Shown one piece after another: positions 38,691 to 53,115 of a stretch of 64,000 bases of DNA. The stretch lies in assembly GCF_009914755.1 (NCBI RefSeq), contig NC_060928.1. One strand, written 5' to 3'. Positions within the stretch are counted from its first letter, which is position 1. Every line of letters starts with the position of its first letter. The position numbers and the translations under genes were made by a program. Origin of the DNA: the human T2T-CHM13v2.0 reference genome, Homo sapiens. Under the pieces are notes generated by a model. It saw only the letters and a list, made by a program, of their open reading frames with translations, was not told where the DNA came from and did no database searches.

Positions 38691-41595
38691 AATAACGAGC
38701 AGTGAGATTGAATCAGTAACAAAAACATCTCCTAACAAAGAAAAGTCCAGGGCAAGATAGATTCACAGCCGAATTCTACCAAACCTATGAAGAACTAGTA
38801 CCAACCCTCCTGAAACGGTTCCAGAAAATGGAGGATGAGGGATTTCTTCCTGACTCATTTTATGAGGCCAGTATCACCCCAGTACCCAAATCAGACAAGG
38901 ACACAACACCAAAAATACAGACCAATATCCCTATTGAACATAGATTACAAATCCTCAACAAAATACTAGCAAACTGACTCAAGCAGCACATCAAAAAGAT
39001 AATACGCTATGATGTGTTATGTGCCAGGGATGCAAGGATGGTTCAACATATGCAAATCAATAAATGTGATATATCCCATAAATAGAATTAGGAACAAAAC
39101 CATATGACCATCTCAATAGACATAGAAAAAGCAGTTGGTAAAATTCAGCATGATAAAAACCCTCAACAAACAAAATATAGAAGGAATATAGCTCAAAATA
39201 GTAAAGGCCATCTATGACAAACCCACAGCCAACATCATACCAAAAGGGGAAAAGTTGAAAGCATTCCCTCTAAGAACTGGAACAAGACAAGAATGCCCAC
39301 TCTCATCACTCCTATTCAACATAGTACTGGAAGTCCTAGCCAGAGCAGTCAGGCAAGAGGAATAAATAAAAGGCATACCAATTAGAGAAGAGGAGGTCAA
39401 ATTATCGTGGTTTGCTGATGACATAATCTTTTTTTTTGAGACAAAGTCTCGCTCTGTCACCCAGGCTGGAGCACAGTGCTGCTATCCTAGGTCACTGTAA
39501 CCTCAAACTCTTGGACTCAAGGGATCCTCCCGCCTCAGCCTCCCAAGTAGCTAGAACTACAGGTGCATACTACCATGCCTGGCTAATTTTTAAATTTTTT
39601 TGTAGAGGTGGAGTCTCACAGTGTAGCCCAGGCTGGTCTCAAACTTCTGGCTCAAGCAATCTGCCTGCCTCGGCTATCCAAAGTGCTGGGAAGTGTGAGC
39701 CACCGCCCCTGGCTAGATGTGATCTTATATCTAGAAAAACCTAAAGACTTGACTGAAAAACTTAGATTGGTTAAACAAATTCAGCAAAGTTGCAGGATAC
39801 AAAATCAATGTATAAAAATCAGTAGTATTTCTTTATACCAATAATGATCTAGCTGAGAAAGAAATCAAGGAAGCAATCCCATTTACAATAACTACAAAAA
39901 TAAAATACCTAGGTATCAATTGAACCAAGGAAGTGAAAGATTTCCACAAGGAAAACTACAAAATACTGATGAGAGAAATTGCAGATGACACAAACCAATG
40001 GAAAAACATCCATATTCATGGATTGGAATAATTAATATCATTAAAGTGACCATACTGTCTGAAGCAATCTACATATTCAATGTAATCCCTACCAAAATAC
40101 CTACGTAATTTTTCACGGAAGTAGAAAACGCAATCCTAAAATTTATATGGAACCAAAAAAGAGCCTGAATAGCCAAAGCAATTCTAAGCAAAAAGAACAA
40201 AGCTGGAGATATTACATTACCTGACTTCAAATTATACAAGGCTGTAGTAACCAAAATAGCATGTTACTGGTATAAAACTAGACAACAAAATAGAGAACCC
40301 AGAATTAAAGCCACATATTTACAGCCAAGTGATCTTTGACAAAGTTAACGAGAGCATACAATGGGGAAAAGACATCCTTTTCAATAAATGGTACTGGGAA
40401 AATTGGATTGCCCTGTGTAGAAGAATGAAACTGGACTGCTATCTCTCACCATACACAAAATCAACTCAAGCTGGATTAAAGACTTAAACCTGAAACTATA
40501 AAAATACTAGAAGAAAACCTAGGGAAACTCTTTTGGATGTTGGTCTAGGCAAATAATTTATTGTTGAATTCTCAGAAGTACAGACAACAAAAACAAAATT
40601 GGACAAGTGGGACTTAAAGAACTTCTGCACAGCAAAAGAAATAATCAACAGAGTGAACAGATAGCCTGCAGGATGGAAGAAAGTATTTCCAAAATATGCA
40701 CCTGACAAGGGTCTAATATCCAGAATATATGAGCACTCAAACAACTCACAGCAACAAAATAACGCCATTAAAAAGTGGGCAAAGGATACGAATAGACATT
40801 TTTCAAAAGAAGATATACAAACGTTCAACAGGCATGTGAGAAAATGCCCAATATCACTAATCATGAGAGAAGTGCAAATTAAAACCACAGTCAGATATCA
40901 TCTTACCTCACTCAAACAATAACAGATGTTGTCAAGGGAACTCTTATACACTGTAGTTGGGAAGGTAAATTAGTACAACCTCCATGGAAAACAGTATGTA
41001 GATTTTTCAGAGTCCTAAAAATAGAGCTACCATTTGAGCCAGCAATCCTACTACTGGGTATCTGTCTACCCATAGGAAAAGAAATCATTATATCAAAAAG
41101 ATACCTGCACTCTTCTGTTTATTGCAGCACTATCCACAGTAGCAAAGGTATGGAATCAACCTAAGTGTCCATCGGTGGATGAATGGATAAAGGAAACATG
41201 GCATCTATACCCAATGGAATACTATTCAGCCATCGAAAGAATGAAATCTTGTCTTTCACAGCCACATGGATGGAATTGGAAGCTACTGTCCTAAGTGAAA
41301 CAAGTCAGATACAGAAAGACAAATCCCACATGTTCACATTTATAAGCGGGAGCTAAATGATGTGTACACATGGATGGAGAGAGTGGAATGGTAGAGAATG
41401 GAGACTTGGAAAGGTGAGGGGTGGGAGGAGGGGTGAGTGATGAGACACTTCTGAATGGGTGCAACGTATGTTGCACAGACTGTGCATAGACTGCACAGAC
41501 TTCAGCACTGTGCAGTCTATGCATGTATAGTAACAAAATTGCACTTGTACTCCATACGTTTAAACAAATACATTTTCATCGTATCTAAGAAAACT
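38691..41595 (+). mobile_element. 5'-truncated L1 (L1MA-like): degraded ORF2 RT/C-terminal region plus 3'UTR
   Basis: L1 ORF2 sequence including TTTGCTGATGAC (FADD, RT motif) at ~39411; many stops; L1MA-type 3' end. Confidence 0.92.
39428..39713 (-). mobile_element. Alu (AluJ-like) inserted in the L1
   Basis: Reverse Alu interrupting L1 ORF2 just after the FADD codons. Confidence 0.9.
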
Positions 41596-44500
41596 AGAGA
41601 GTGGGTCTGTGAAGAGCCAGTTTAGCTCCCTCAACATGCGATGCCCTGTGCTACCTCAGGACTCTGTAGAGTCCCCGCCAGCACGTAGGCCCTCACCAGG
41701 TGCAGTCCCTTGACCTCCAGGACGGTGATGAATACATTTCTCTTTTTAAAAAATAAATGACCTAGTCTCAGGTATTCAGTTATAGCAACAGGAAATGGAC
41801 TACGACTATATATACATACACACAGTAGGGATAGAGAGATACAGGTATAGATATAGTAGTTTTGCAGTTAGGTAGTAATGCAGATGGTAGTGAGATTTCT
41901 CTTACTCTAGGGTTCTACGCAAAGTCAGCCGGAGCTGTGTTGGGAGTGTTGGTTTATAATTTTCTCCTGTAAACTTAGAAAACTTTTGACCTGGCTGCCC
42001 TGGTTCTTCAAACTACATGCGACTGTGTCCTAAAGGAAGCAAAGTCATGGGGTGTGTGGGCAGCTCTGTGAGCAGAGTGGCCATCTGGGATCTGTTACCT
42101 GGCCTGACTTTTCCTCCCCCTTGTCTACTAACCATGTCCAGTCTGGATGGGAGGTCACAGGGTCACCTTTAACTCCAAGGGGAAGTTGTCAGGCCAAGAG
42201 GCTCAGCTGTTGGATTCCAGGTTGGAGAGCTGAGGGTTCCGATGAAAGGCACAAAGACCGAGCTGCACACTGCGAGCATCAGTACTTCCTTTCCTACCCT
42301 CCCTGTGAGAAATGCCTGAGCTGTGGGTCAAGAAGAGGAGAATTGGAGAGCACCAGGGGGTCAGGTGGGTGGGAGGAGCCTTCACATTCCACTTTGAGTT
42401 CCATGGTGGCCCCGATGGAAGCTGCCCTCATGTTTGGGACCCAGGAGTGCAAGAGATCTGTTTTCTTTGGTGTGTTTAGAACTTGGAGGGGGACTGCCCC
42501 ATAGAAGGTGGGAGTGGGGTCAGGGCAAGGGATGACTCTGAGTGGCATGAGAAGTTCCTCTGGGCTCCTGGGGGTCACAGAGCTTGAGAGAGTGTGTTGC
42601 ACAGGACAGTAAATGTGCTCATGGGCCTGCACCCAGGCCAGGCAGTGGGAGAAGGAGATGAGCACAGGACCAAACCAAGTGACACCTGAGAGGCTGGTGG
42701 CCTTACCCTGTGATGTTGAAGCAACAGTTACACAAACGTCCCCTCATACACTGAAACTGCAGGGAGGGGAACAGTGCGGCGCACCCGAGAGGGCTTGAGT
42801 GTGATGCGACTGAAGCACTAAAGAGCAGAATTGATGGAAAAGTTAATTTGACTGTTTACTTAGAAATGACTGAATTAAATCTGTATCAGGTGTAATTTTG
42901 GCTTAGAGTTAGAAAATCAGATTGGGTTATATAAAATAAAGGTACATTTTAAAGTTAAATGTCTTACAAACCTGAGTCCATGAGTGCAAAATTTCAGTCT
43001 ATTACGTTTAGTTGAGGAAGGAGTAAGAGAAGGAATTCCTTTGCCTTTTTAAAACAAATTTTCCCTTTAAGAGAACACAGTGATAAAACTGTTAGGTGCA
43101 GCTTTTGGGAGTCACTGATCTTATTGCATATCAAGCTTCCTAATAATTTCTAGGACACATGTAATCGTGAGGCTTTATAGAAGCAGAGAGAAGCTGTCTG
43201 CCAAGTACACCGCCTGGTTCTTTCTTGCTGTGTGAGGATGTGCTCTGGCCCAGATTTCACATGGGAGGTCTCTAAGCAAATGCACCTGCTTACATCAGTC
43301 ACATGGAGGAAGCTGTTGACCATGAAGTATCTCCATTTTGTACTCTGAGAGCTGCATAGTTTATATGGCATTTTTCAGGGATCCATACTCCATAACTCCT
43401 AGGATTCCAAGTTTATTTACTGTGAGCAATCCTAGACACACCAAGTACATCCCGCTGAAGGCATTCCACAGATAAGGATTCTCCTGCTAGCAAATATCCT
43501 TGGGTTTGCCAGGAGGTCTTTCATTAGCAAGTTTACAGGGAGATTTGATTAGGTCACCTTTCTTGTCTGGGGTAACCCCAGTTAAAGTGAGAGAATGGAC
43601 TACAGGCTCCTCCTCCTTGCCTTCTTCCTTCACTCAGGGAGAGAAGATACCTGTACTAGAAGGGCGTGAAGAATTGTGATCCAGGATCTTATTGGCAGCC
43701 TGTTCGCAACAACAGCACCTAGAACAGTGCCTGGCAGTTAGAAGGCACTTAATATTTTTTTTGATTGAATGAAATTGTCTGTTGACAATGGAGTAAAAAA
43801 AATGTAGTATTTCCATACTATGGGATCCATACACTCATTTTAAAGTAATACGAGTTTCTATGCTATAACAGCACAAATTAAAATAATAGTGGTTTAGATA
43901 AAGAAGTATAGTTTGAGTAAACCCTCCAGAGCTGGTGTGGAGGCTCCACCCTCCTCAGGAACCCAGGGTGCCTACTGTTGTGTGGTTGCTGCTCTCCACA
44001 TGTGGCTTTTGCCCTGAACTTTGAGATCGCTCCTTTAGCTTCACTTCCCCATTTCCTTCAGCAGGAAGAGGGAGGTGGAGGCACAGTCTGGAAGTTGCAC
44101 ACATCTCATTGGACAGACTTAGTCATGTAGCTTTGCCTAGTGCAAAGGGCTGGGAGATGTAGTCCTTAGCTGGACAGCCGTGTGTCTAGCTAAGATTTCT
44201 ATTCCTGTGGAAGAAGGGGAGACTGGTTCTTGCAGGAATGGCGAGCAGCCTGTCACGCAAAGCGGATCAATACATTACTGATAGGAAAAGCTCCCAAGGG
44301 CATATCGAGTGGAAAATGCAAGTCACAAAAACACATATATTTAATATCCTGTTTTGGTGTAAAAAATTCTAACACCCCTCAAAGAAACCTATACATTTTA
44401 AAGTGCACATATGTTTATATGTAAATATATGGAAAGAATACAAAGGAAACACTCCAAATGGGTAATAGTAGTTATCTCAGAGGTAGTAAATGAAAACTGG

Positions 44501-46004
44501 GAAGAATCCAGGGAATTTTTATCTTGTGTTGTTTCAACTTCTTATGATGGGAATATGAACATATTTACTAAAAAAAAACTTCCTTTGAAGGAAAAGTAAA
44601 AATTATTTAAAAAATTATTTTAATAAGAACAAAGTCGGTGAGAGATGGCCTTGGAAACAAACTGTACTTACATGGTGTAGCCAATGACAGGCTCCTTGGA
44701 TTGCAGGCCAGGAGAGTTTCAGGTTCAGCACATAGATTTTACGCTGCTTTTCCAGTACAATGAGAGGAAGTTTCAAAATAGATTGTAAAAAAAAAAAAAG
44801 TGTGGATAATTCTAAAAGGGTCACAGCTCAGGCCCCATGATGTAAGTCTCTCTGGGAAGGGTGGCGTTGGCCATCACGCTGTGTAAACAGGGATCCCGGG
44901 GGCCAGCATCGCACTGCTCTCCATCCCCAGCGAAAGGAAGGGAGGCAGACACTGGGCAGCGGCACTCGGAGTCCACCCAGTCCTGGGAAGGAACGGCGGC
45001 TCCAGGGAGAGGAGCCTCATGGGCCTGCGGCAGAGCTGGGGACCTGGGGCTTTGTGCCACCTGCACCAGGTGACCTTTCCTAGTCCCTGCAGCGTTTGCC
45101 CATGGGTTTCATCCTGACCACGGCCACCGAGTGCGCTCTCTGGGGAATGGTATCGCAGTGAGGACAGCTTCAGGCCTGTGGAGGGGCTGGGAAGCAGTGG
45201 ACAGAAGCCCCCACCGTCCTGGAATAGGGCAGGGGCTCCCTGAGAAGCTGGGATCACTAGGACAGATGGCTTGGGGGCCATGGAGGTAGAGGATCCCTGA
45301 GCAAAGGGGCAGAGACCAGTGTGGCCCCTTCACTGTTGGCTCGTGTTCTATGGGGTTTCCAGGAAAGTGAGACTGTTCAGGGCAAGGTGGCCGCCACATC
45401 CCTGCAGAACCGGAAGTGTCTTAAGAGTTGGAATCGGTGGCGGTGTATTGATTCGTTTTGCTGCTGCTTCAGTTTTATAGAAATGGCTTAATAACACAGT
45501 TGTCTGCAACTTGTTTTTAATCACTTCATGTTATTTCAGTGGTTTATCCATGATGTTATTGGTAGTCACAGTCTGTTCATTTTAACACTGTATAATCCAT
45601 TGTGTGAATCTACTGCTACATACACAGAGCCACTAAAGAATTACTCATAACGCACTAGTGAGCATTCTTGTACCTGTCTCCAGGTAGGCTTGCCAGACTT
45701 TTAAATCTTTTGCTAATCTGGGAGCTGTAAAGTGGTGTCTCATGTGGCTTTGATTTGCATTCCCTTGCTTATAAGGCTCTGCGTTTCCTCTCTGTTGAGG
45801 CGCCTACTCAAACCTTTTGGTCCCTCTCTCCTCTTGGGCTGTCTTTTCCTCATGGACTGCGGGAATGATAGACGCTGGCTGTTAGTCCCTGGCTGGTTGT
45901 GCACTTCGCACGTGTCCCTGCCCCGGGCATGACTCCTGTTTTCACTCTTCTAGCCAGATGTATAATCTTTTCTCCTATGGTTTACACTTTGTGTCTTTTA
46001 TATA

Positions 46005-46610
46005 TGTATATTTTTGAGATGGAGTCTCACTTTGTCACCCAGGCTGGAGTGCAGTGGTGCGATCTCGGCTCACTGCAACCTCCGCCTCCCTGGGTTCAAG
46101 CGATTCTGCTGCCTCAGCCTCCCGAGTAGCTGGGATTACGGGCACATGCCACCACACCTGGCTAATTTTTATATTTTTAGTAGAGACAGGGTTTCACCAT
46201 GTTGGTCAGGCTGGTCTCAAACTCTTTTTTTTTTTTTTTTTGAGACGGAGTCTCACCGTCTCCCAGGCTGGAGTGCAGTGGCGCGATCTCGGCTCACTGC
46301 AGGCTCCGTCCCCCAGGGTTCACGCCATTCTCCTGCCTCAGCCTCCTGCGTAGCTGGGATTACAGGCGCCTGCCACCTTGCCCGGCTAATTTTTTGTATT
46401 TTTAGTAGAGACGGGGTTTCACCGTGTTACCCAGGATGGTCTCGATCTCCTGACCTCGTGATCCACCCGCCTCGGCCTCCCAAAGTGCTGGGATTACAGG
46501 CGTGAGCTACCGTGCCCGGCCTGGTCTCAAACTCTTGACCTCAAGTGATCCTCTCCCGCCTTGGCCTCCCAAAGTGCCGGGATTACAGGCGTGAGCCACT
46601 GCACCCGGTC
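46005..46610 (-). mobile_element. AluS-like element containing a nested AluY-like insertion (46227-46521)
   Basis: Perfect 15-bp TSD TGGTCTCAAACTCTT at 46212-46226 and 46522-46536. Confidence 0.92.
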
Positions 46611-48823
46611 TGTGTCTTATTTAATACATTTATTACTACTTGAGGTCAAAACAGATTTTCTCCCTTTTTCCCCTTAAAGTTTCTTGGAGTTAATGTTTAT
46701 GAAAAGAATCAGGTGAGACGAAAGTTAACTTTTTTCTCTGTGGGTAACCAGTGGTTCTAGCACTAATCTCGTCCTTCCACGTGGATCAGCAGTGCTCCCT
46801 CTGTCATGGATCATGTGTTCATGTGCGTGTGGGTCTGTTTCTTAGTTCTGTGTTCCTTCCTAGTCAGTATCCCCACCTATACTTTAAAAAATTACTATAG
46901 CTTTATAATACGTCTTTCTGTCTTCTAGGGCAGGTTTTCTTGTCTGTGCTTGGGCCTCGCTGTTTTATGTAGATTCTACAACCAGTTTACAAATTCCCCG
47001 AAATGCTATTGATATTTTGTGTTTTAATCTGTAGCTCAGTTTGAGGGAATTGATATCTTTAGGAGATCAAGCCTTCCTATCCATGAAAATAGTATCTCTC
47101 TTCTCTCTCATTTTGGCTTATTTCAGTAAAACTTTGTAATTTCCTTCATAAACATCTTTAATTAAATTTATTCTCTAGCTAGATTTATTTCTTGGTACCT
47201 TATAATTTTATTTGCCATTATAAATGGTACCTTTTAAAAATTGTAAATGCTTCAACCTGAGGAAGCTGGTTGAAAAAGGAATTAAAATAGAATAAATTAT
47301 GCATGCCAGCTCTTATGATATGTGGAAGTATAATTGACTAGTTGCTTTTTATATCTAGCTACCCTATTAAGGTTAAGAGAGTTCACTTCGTTACTACTTG
47401 TTAATATTTGTTTTCATGAATAGGTGTTAAATTTTAGCTGTTTTCTTTGTTATTTTGCATTCATTGAGATCATGTTTCTGCCTTTTGATGCTAACATGGC
47501 AAATTACAATGATTGATTTTCAAATAATAGACCATACTTGCATTCCTGAGATAAACCTAACTTATGATCATTTTTTATACACTGATGTATTTGGTTTGCT
47601 ACTATTTTTGTATAATTTTAAAGTCTGTGTTTGAGTGAGACTATCTCGTACTTTCCCTTCTCATTATCTTTGTCGAGTTTTGGTATCAAGATTACTGTAG
47701 TCTCACAAAACAAAAAATTAATGGTAGAACTTTTCTATTCCTCTTCCTTCTCTTTTCCCTCCCTTTCTTCTCCTTTTCCTCGTATATTGAATCTTATATT
47801 TTATTTTTATCCTCCCTCCAGAGGATTTCAATAACTTTTTATTTAAAAATTTTAAAATTAGGGATAAAGCCTGTTTTGTCTATTATTAATCTGGTGAAAG
47901 CAGCCTTTTCTGAGTCAGCACTCGTCTTTTTATTTAAACTTTTCCATTTCTGTTTTCGAATTGTTACTATAAGTGGCAGATTGTTCTGACAGCTCAAGAA
48001 GAAGATCAGGCAGATGCGGGTCACTGATGTGTTGGGTGACTGGCACATTGAGTCTTGGCTCTGGGATATTACTGCATTCTTCCTGTGAATCCACTTTTTC
48101 TAGGTTCTCCCTCCCTGCTTTCTTGCCTTATGTTTTGTTTTGTTTTGATTTCAAGCCTGGTTGGTTTATTTCCTTAGTCCACACCCACCTCCTTTACCGG
48201 TGAAGAAATTATGTGCTTTGTTTCTGTCGTTAAAGGTTCTAGTCCTAGTCAATTGCTTGGGACATCATAGGCCCTAAGATATTTTGGAATAATTTAAATT
48301 AATATCTCTACTTAAATGTCTTTTCATGTGTAATATTCATCTTTTTCTTTCTTGAATAGGACACCCAGTCTTTGTGCACATTTTTCTCCTTCCTTTCACA
48401 AAACGTGCTTTGCTATGACCCAGAAACCTTTCTTTGGTTCCTTACACGTTACTCTGTAACCATTGCTGTAAGTTTGTCTAGTTTTATGTTTGAAATGGAA
48501 TTTTGTTGATTCTAAAATAGTTTTGCTTTTGGGCTTGGAATTCTTCCTGCCGCACAGAGTTTTGTAACAGATTTAACCAGGTGTGCCGGTTACTCAGCTT
48601 ACTGCCCTCAGCCCTAAGCCCACCCTCTATGACACCGACAGGGTCTCCGCATCACCTTCCTGCTCACAGCTGCATCCCTGTCAGGCTCTGTCCCCAGGGG
48701 CGCTCCCCGGAGCTGGCAAGGCAGGAGTGTCACCATAGCAACGTTTCACCCTCACAGGGGCAGTTCCTTCCCCTCTCAGTTTGCAGTTTGCCCAGCTCAT
48801 TGCGCCAACCTTCTGGCCCCTCA

Positions 48824-49488
<665 letters not shown>

Positions 49489-49869
49489 TCAATACCAAGC
49501 TACCCCTTCTCTACATAGTACTCTCTGTTAGAACTACGGGTGGTTTCTGTCTCCTGAGTGAACCCTGAAGAATATAGCAGGAGATGCGAAGATGTGAGCT
49601 AGAAATCTGACTCCTCGTAAGTCTCTATATTGCCTCTTTTTGGAAATACCTTCGGATGATCTGGTCTCTCTTTTAAGCTACATACTCTCTTGTGTACAGT
49701 CTATTTGTTCAGTAAGTATTCATTGAGTACTTGGTATGCACCAAGCACTGTGGGAGGGGTGGGGGTGTAGTCGTGACCAGGACATGGTCCTTGCCCCACT
49801 GGGGCTTAGGGACTAGTGTTTATTTAGACCGAATTGGTTAGGAATTTTTAGTTCTAGCAGTGTGGGTAA

Positions 49870-51030
49870 CGAAAGAAAAAAATACATAAATTGCATTACA
49901 TCAAATGTAAAAACTCTACACATTAAAAAACGCAACCCACAGAATGAAGGCAACCCACAGAATGGGAGAAAACATTTGCAAGCCATGTATCTGATATGCA
50001 GTTAATATGCAGAGTCTATAGAGAACTCCTATAACTCAGCAACAGGAACAAACAACCCAGTTAAAAAATGGGCAAAAGTCCAGTGTGAATTCTGTGAAGT
50101 AGAAAAGAAAATAAAGAGAAATTAAAATAAAAAAAAATGGGCAAAGATCCAGTGTGAAACTGTGAAGTAGAAAAAAAAATGAAGAAAAAGAAAAATTAAA
50201 AAATGAGCAAAGGACTTGAATAGACGTTTCTCCAAAGAAGATACACAAGTAGTCAATGGGCACGTGGAAAGATGCCCAACATCATCAATTATTAGGCCAG
50301 CGCCAACTAAACACACAGTGAGTCAGCACCTTACACTCCTTGGGATGGCTACTATAAAACAACTGCCACCACCATCACAAGAGAGAAAAATGACCCGTGT
50401 TGGGCAGGATGCGGAGGAGTTGGAGTCCTGGCGCACTGCTGGGAATGCCAAGTGCCGCACCCACCATGGGAAACAGTGTGGTGGCTCCTCAAAAAACCAA
50501 CAGTACAATGACCACATGGCCCACAGTCCTACTTCTACGTATATACCCAAAGAATTGAAATCAAGGTCTTGAGGAGATGCTCTTTATACACATGTTCATA
50601 GCAGTATTATTTGCAATAGCTGAAAGGCAGAAGCCACCCAGATGTCCATCATCAGGTGACGGATAAACACAGTGTGGTCCATCCATACCGCGGAATATTA
50701 TTCAGCCTTGAAGAGGAAGGCTACAACATGGATGACCCTTGAGGACACCATGCTCAGCAAAATCAGCCAGTCACAGAAGGACACACACTATCTAATTCCA
50801 CTTATGTGGGATTCCTAGAGCAGTCAAATTCATAAAGACAGAAAGCGGGAGAGGGGGCCTGGGGGAGGGGAATGGAGAGTGCGTGTTAAATGGGGGCAGA
50901 GCTTCGTTCTGGGAAGATGAAAAATTCTGGAGGACGGTGGTGATGCTTGCATAACAGTACGAACACACCTAATGCTACTGAGCCAGCTAACTTGGTAAAT
51001 TTTGTGTTATCTGGATTTTAAAATCAGATT
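49870..51030 (+). mobile_element. L1M (L1MB-like) 3' portion
   Basis: aacccacagaatgggagaa, gacttgaatagac, tatacccaaagaattgaaa, ggaatattattcagcctt motifs. Confidence 0.85.
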
Positions 51031-51074
51031 GAATAAATATTTTGAAAGTTTAATAAAAAACGGCAGTGCAGTAG

Positions 51075-51584
<510 letters not shown>

Positions 51585-52374
51585 TAAGGTTCTACCCTTC
51601 CCCTCCCCTCATTTCTAGCGGTTTTACTTTGGAGGGAACCCGATGCTTTTCTGGGCCTGTGTGTGGTAGTAATGCCGGTTGACCGGCCGTCCCTTGGGAC
51701 CCTGTAGCCAGGCAGGTTGATTGGCCTGAGGCCCTTGGTTCTCCCTGAAGCCGGCTGGCTCAGGCTGGCTCACTGCATCCTGGATGCCTGGGGGCCAGGG
51801 TGACCGGCCTCTGTGGTTGGCGGGCGGGCGGTGTCTGCTCCACTCAGTGCCCTTGAGTGCTGGGTGTGGTGGCCGAAGGCTGGGAGGTGGAGATGGTGCC
51901 CTGGGGGCCACCTGTCTTCTCAGACAGTCGTGAGGAGTCTTCTCAACTTAAAAGCTGGAGTTTGAACCAAGTGGTCTTTTAGGCCATTTTTATTGTTGTT
52001 TTCCCTGTTTAGTACTCTTTGGGGAAGAGTCAAGATTATGTCACACCAGCAGGGGTGCTAAATCGGCGGTGATGATCTGAATTTATTAATTTACAAAACT
52101 TTGTCAATTTGAGAAACACGAGTAAACGCTGGTCTCTCCCTGCTGTGGAAGTTGTCACATCTGTTACTGGCCCTCGTTCCATGAGTTGATTTAGTGCTTT
52201 GCAAGAATTGTTTTCTGTCTGCTTGTTAGACTTTTCCTTTCTCCTTTACATCTCCAAAGTGCACAGTGCATCCACGTGTGGGCAGGCGTCAGACATCCTT
52301 TCTTTTGCCTGTGCTGGGAACAAGTTGCAAGGCTGACTGTGGAAGGGCCGCTCACCTGGGGCGTGGTCAGGGCT

Positions 52375-52668
52375 GCCAGGTGTGGTGGCTCACACCTGTA
52401 ATCTCAGCACTTTGGGATGCTGAGGTAAGTGATTGCTTGAGCCCAGGAGTTTCAGCTCAGCCTGGGCAACATAGCAAGACCCAGTCTCTACAAAAAATAC
52501 AAACATTAGCCGGGCCTGTTGGCACATGCCTGTGGTCCCAGCTACTCAGGAGGCTGAGGTGGGAGGATCACTTGAGCCTGGGAGGTCGCGGCTGCTGTGA
52601 GCCATGATCATACCTCTCCCTCCGGCCTGGGCGACAGAGTGAGATCCTGTCTCAAAAGAAAAAAAAAA
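52375..52668 (+). mobile_element. Alu (AluJ-like)
   Basis: Alu consensus with poly-A. Confidence 0.9.
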
Positions 52669-52685
52669 TTAAACTCTCTTATCAC

Positions 52686-53115
52686 TGTCCATCTAAATAA
52701 CAGAGAGAGGCTCTCTGAAAGAAATGATGTTTATCTGGGAGCAGGGCATTGGAGTAGGCAGATACTTGCCATGGTCTACAGTGCATAGCTGGGGAGGCCA
52801 AAGAAGACAAAGGCTTTTAAAGGAAAAATGAGGATCACATGATTGTTTTGAGATAATTATCCTTGCCACAAGGATCAGCACCAAGGATGATACCAGGCTG
52901 GAGGTGGGCGGGCGGTTGCTGGGCAGATGTCCTCACAGTGTGTTTTGAGTGAGGCTGTGATGGCCTGTGTGCATGGCTGTGATTTGCACATCTTTGTGAT
53001 GGATTTGTTTTTCGCAGGCACACTAATGTGTGAGCCCTCCCTTCATGGCCCTCCCCAGCTCTGTTTGTTAGGGTTTTTAACACAAGTGATTCATTTTGAT
53101 TCTGACAGCCTTAAT
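52686..53115 (-). mobile_element. Solo ERV1 LTR (MER65-type)
   Basis: Colinear similarity with the LTR at 58650-59083 (e.g. gattgttttgagataattatc, cagatgtcctca, tttgttagggtttttaa). Confidence 0.8.

Larger units (their letters stand above)
38495..41807 (+). mobile_element. MST/MaLR LTR split into 38495-38690 and ~41596-41807 by an L1 insertion
   Basis: TGCTATGGTTTG… start and …tctcaggtattcagttatagcaacaggaaatggactacgac end; GTGGGTCTG duplicated at both L1 junctions. Confidence 0.8.

Noticed and set aside
46014-46505. Alu-derived ORFs (also 4073-4501, 8178-8522, 27596-27883, 48821-49354, 51090-51587)
   Set aside because: Standard Alu translations ([25 protein letters not shown]).
50141-50165. 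Resemblance of AAGATCCAGTGT to the U2 snRNA 5' region
   Set aside because: The match is too short and partly supplied by the L1 target site; not enough to call an snRNA pseudogene.
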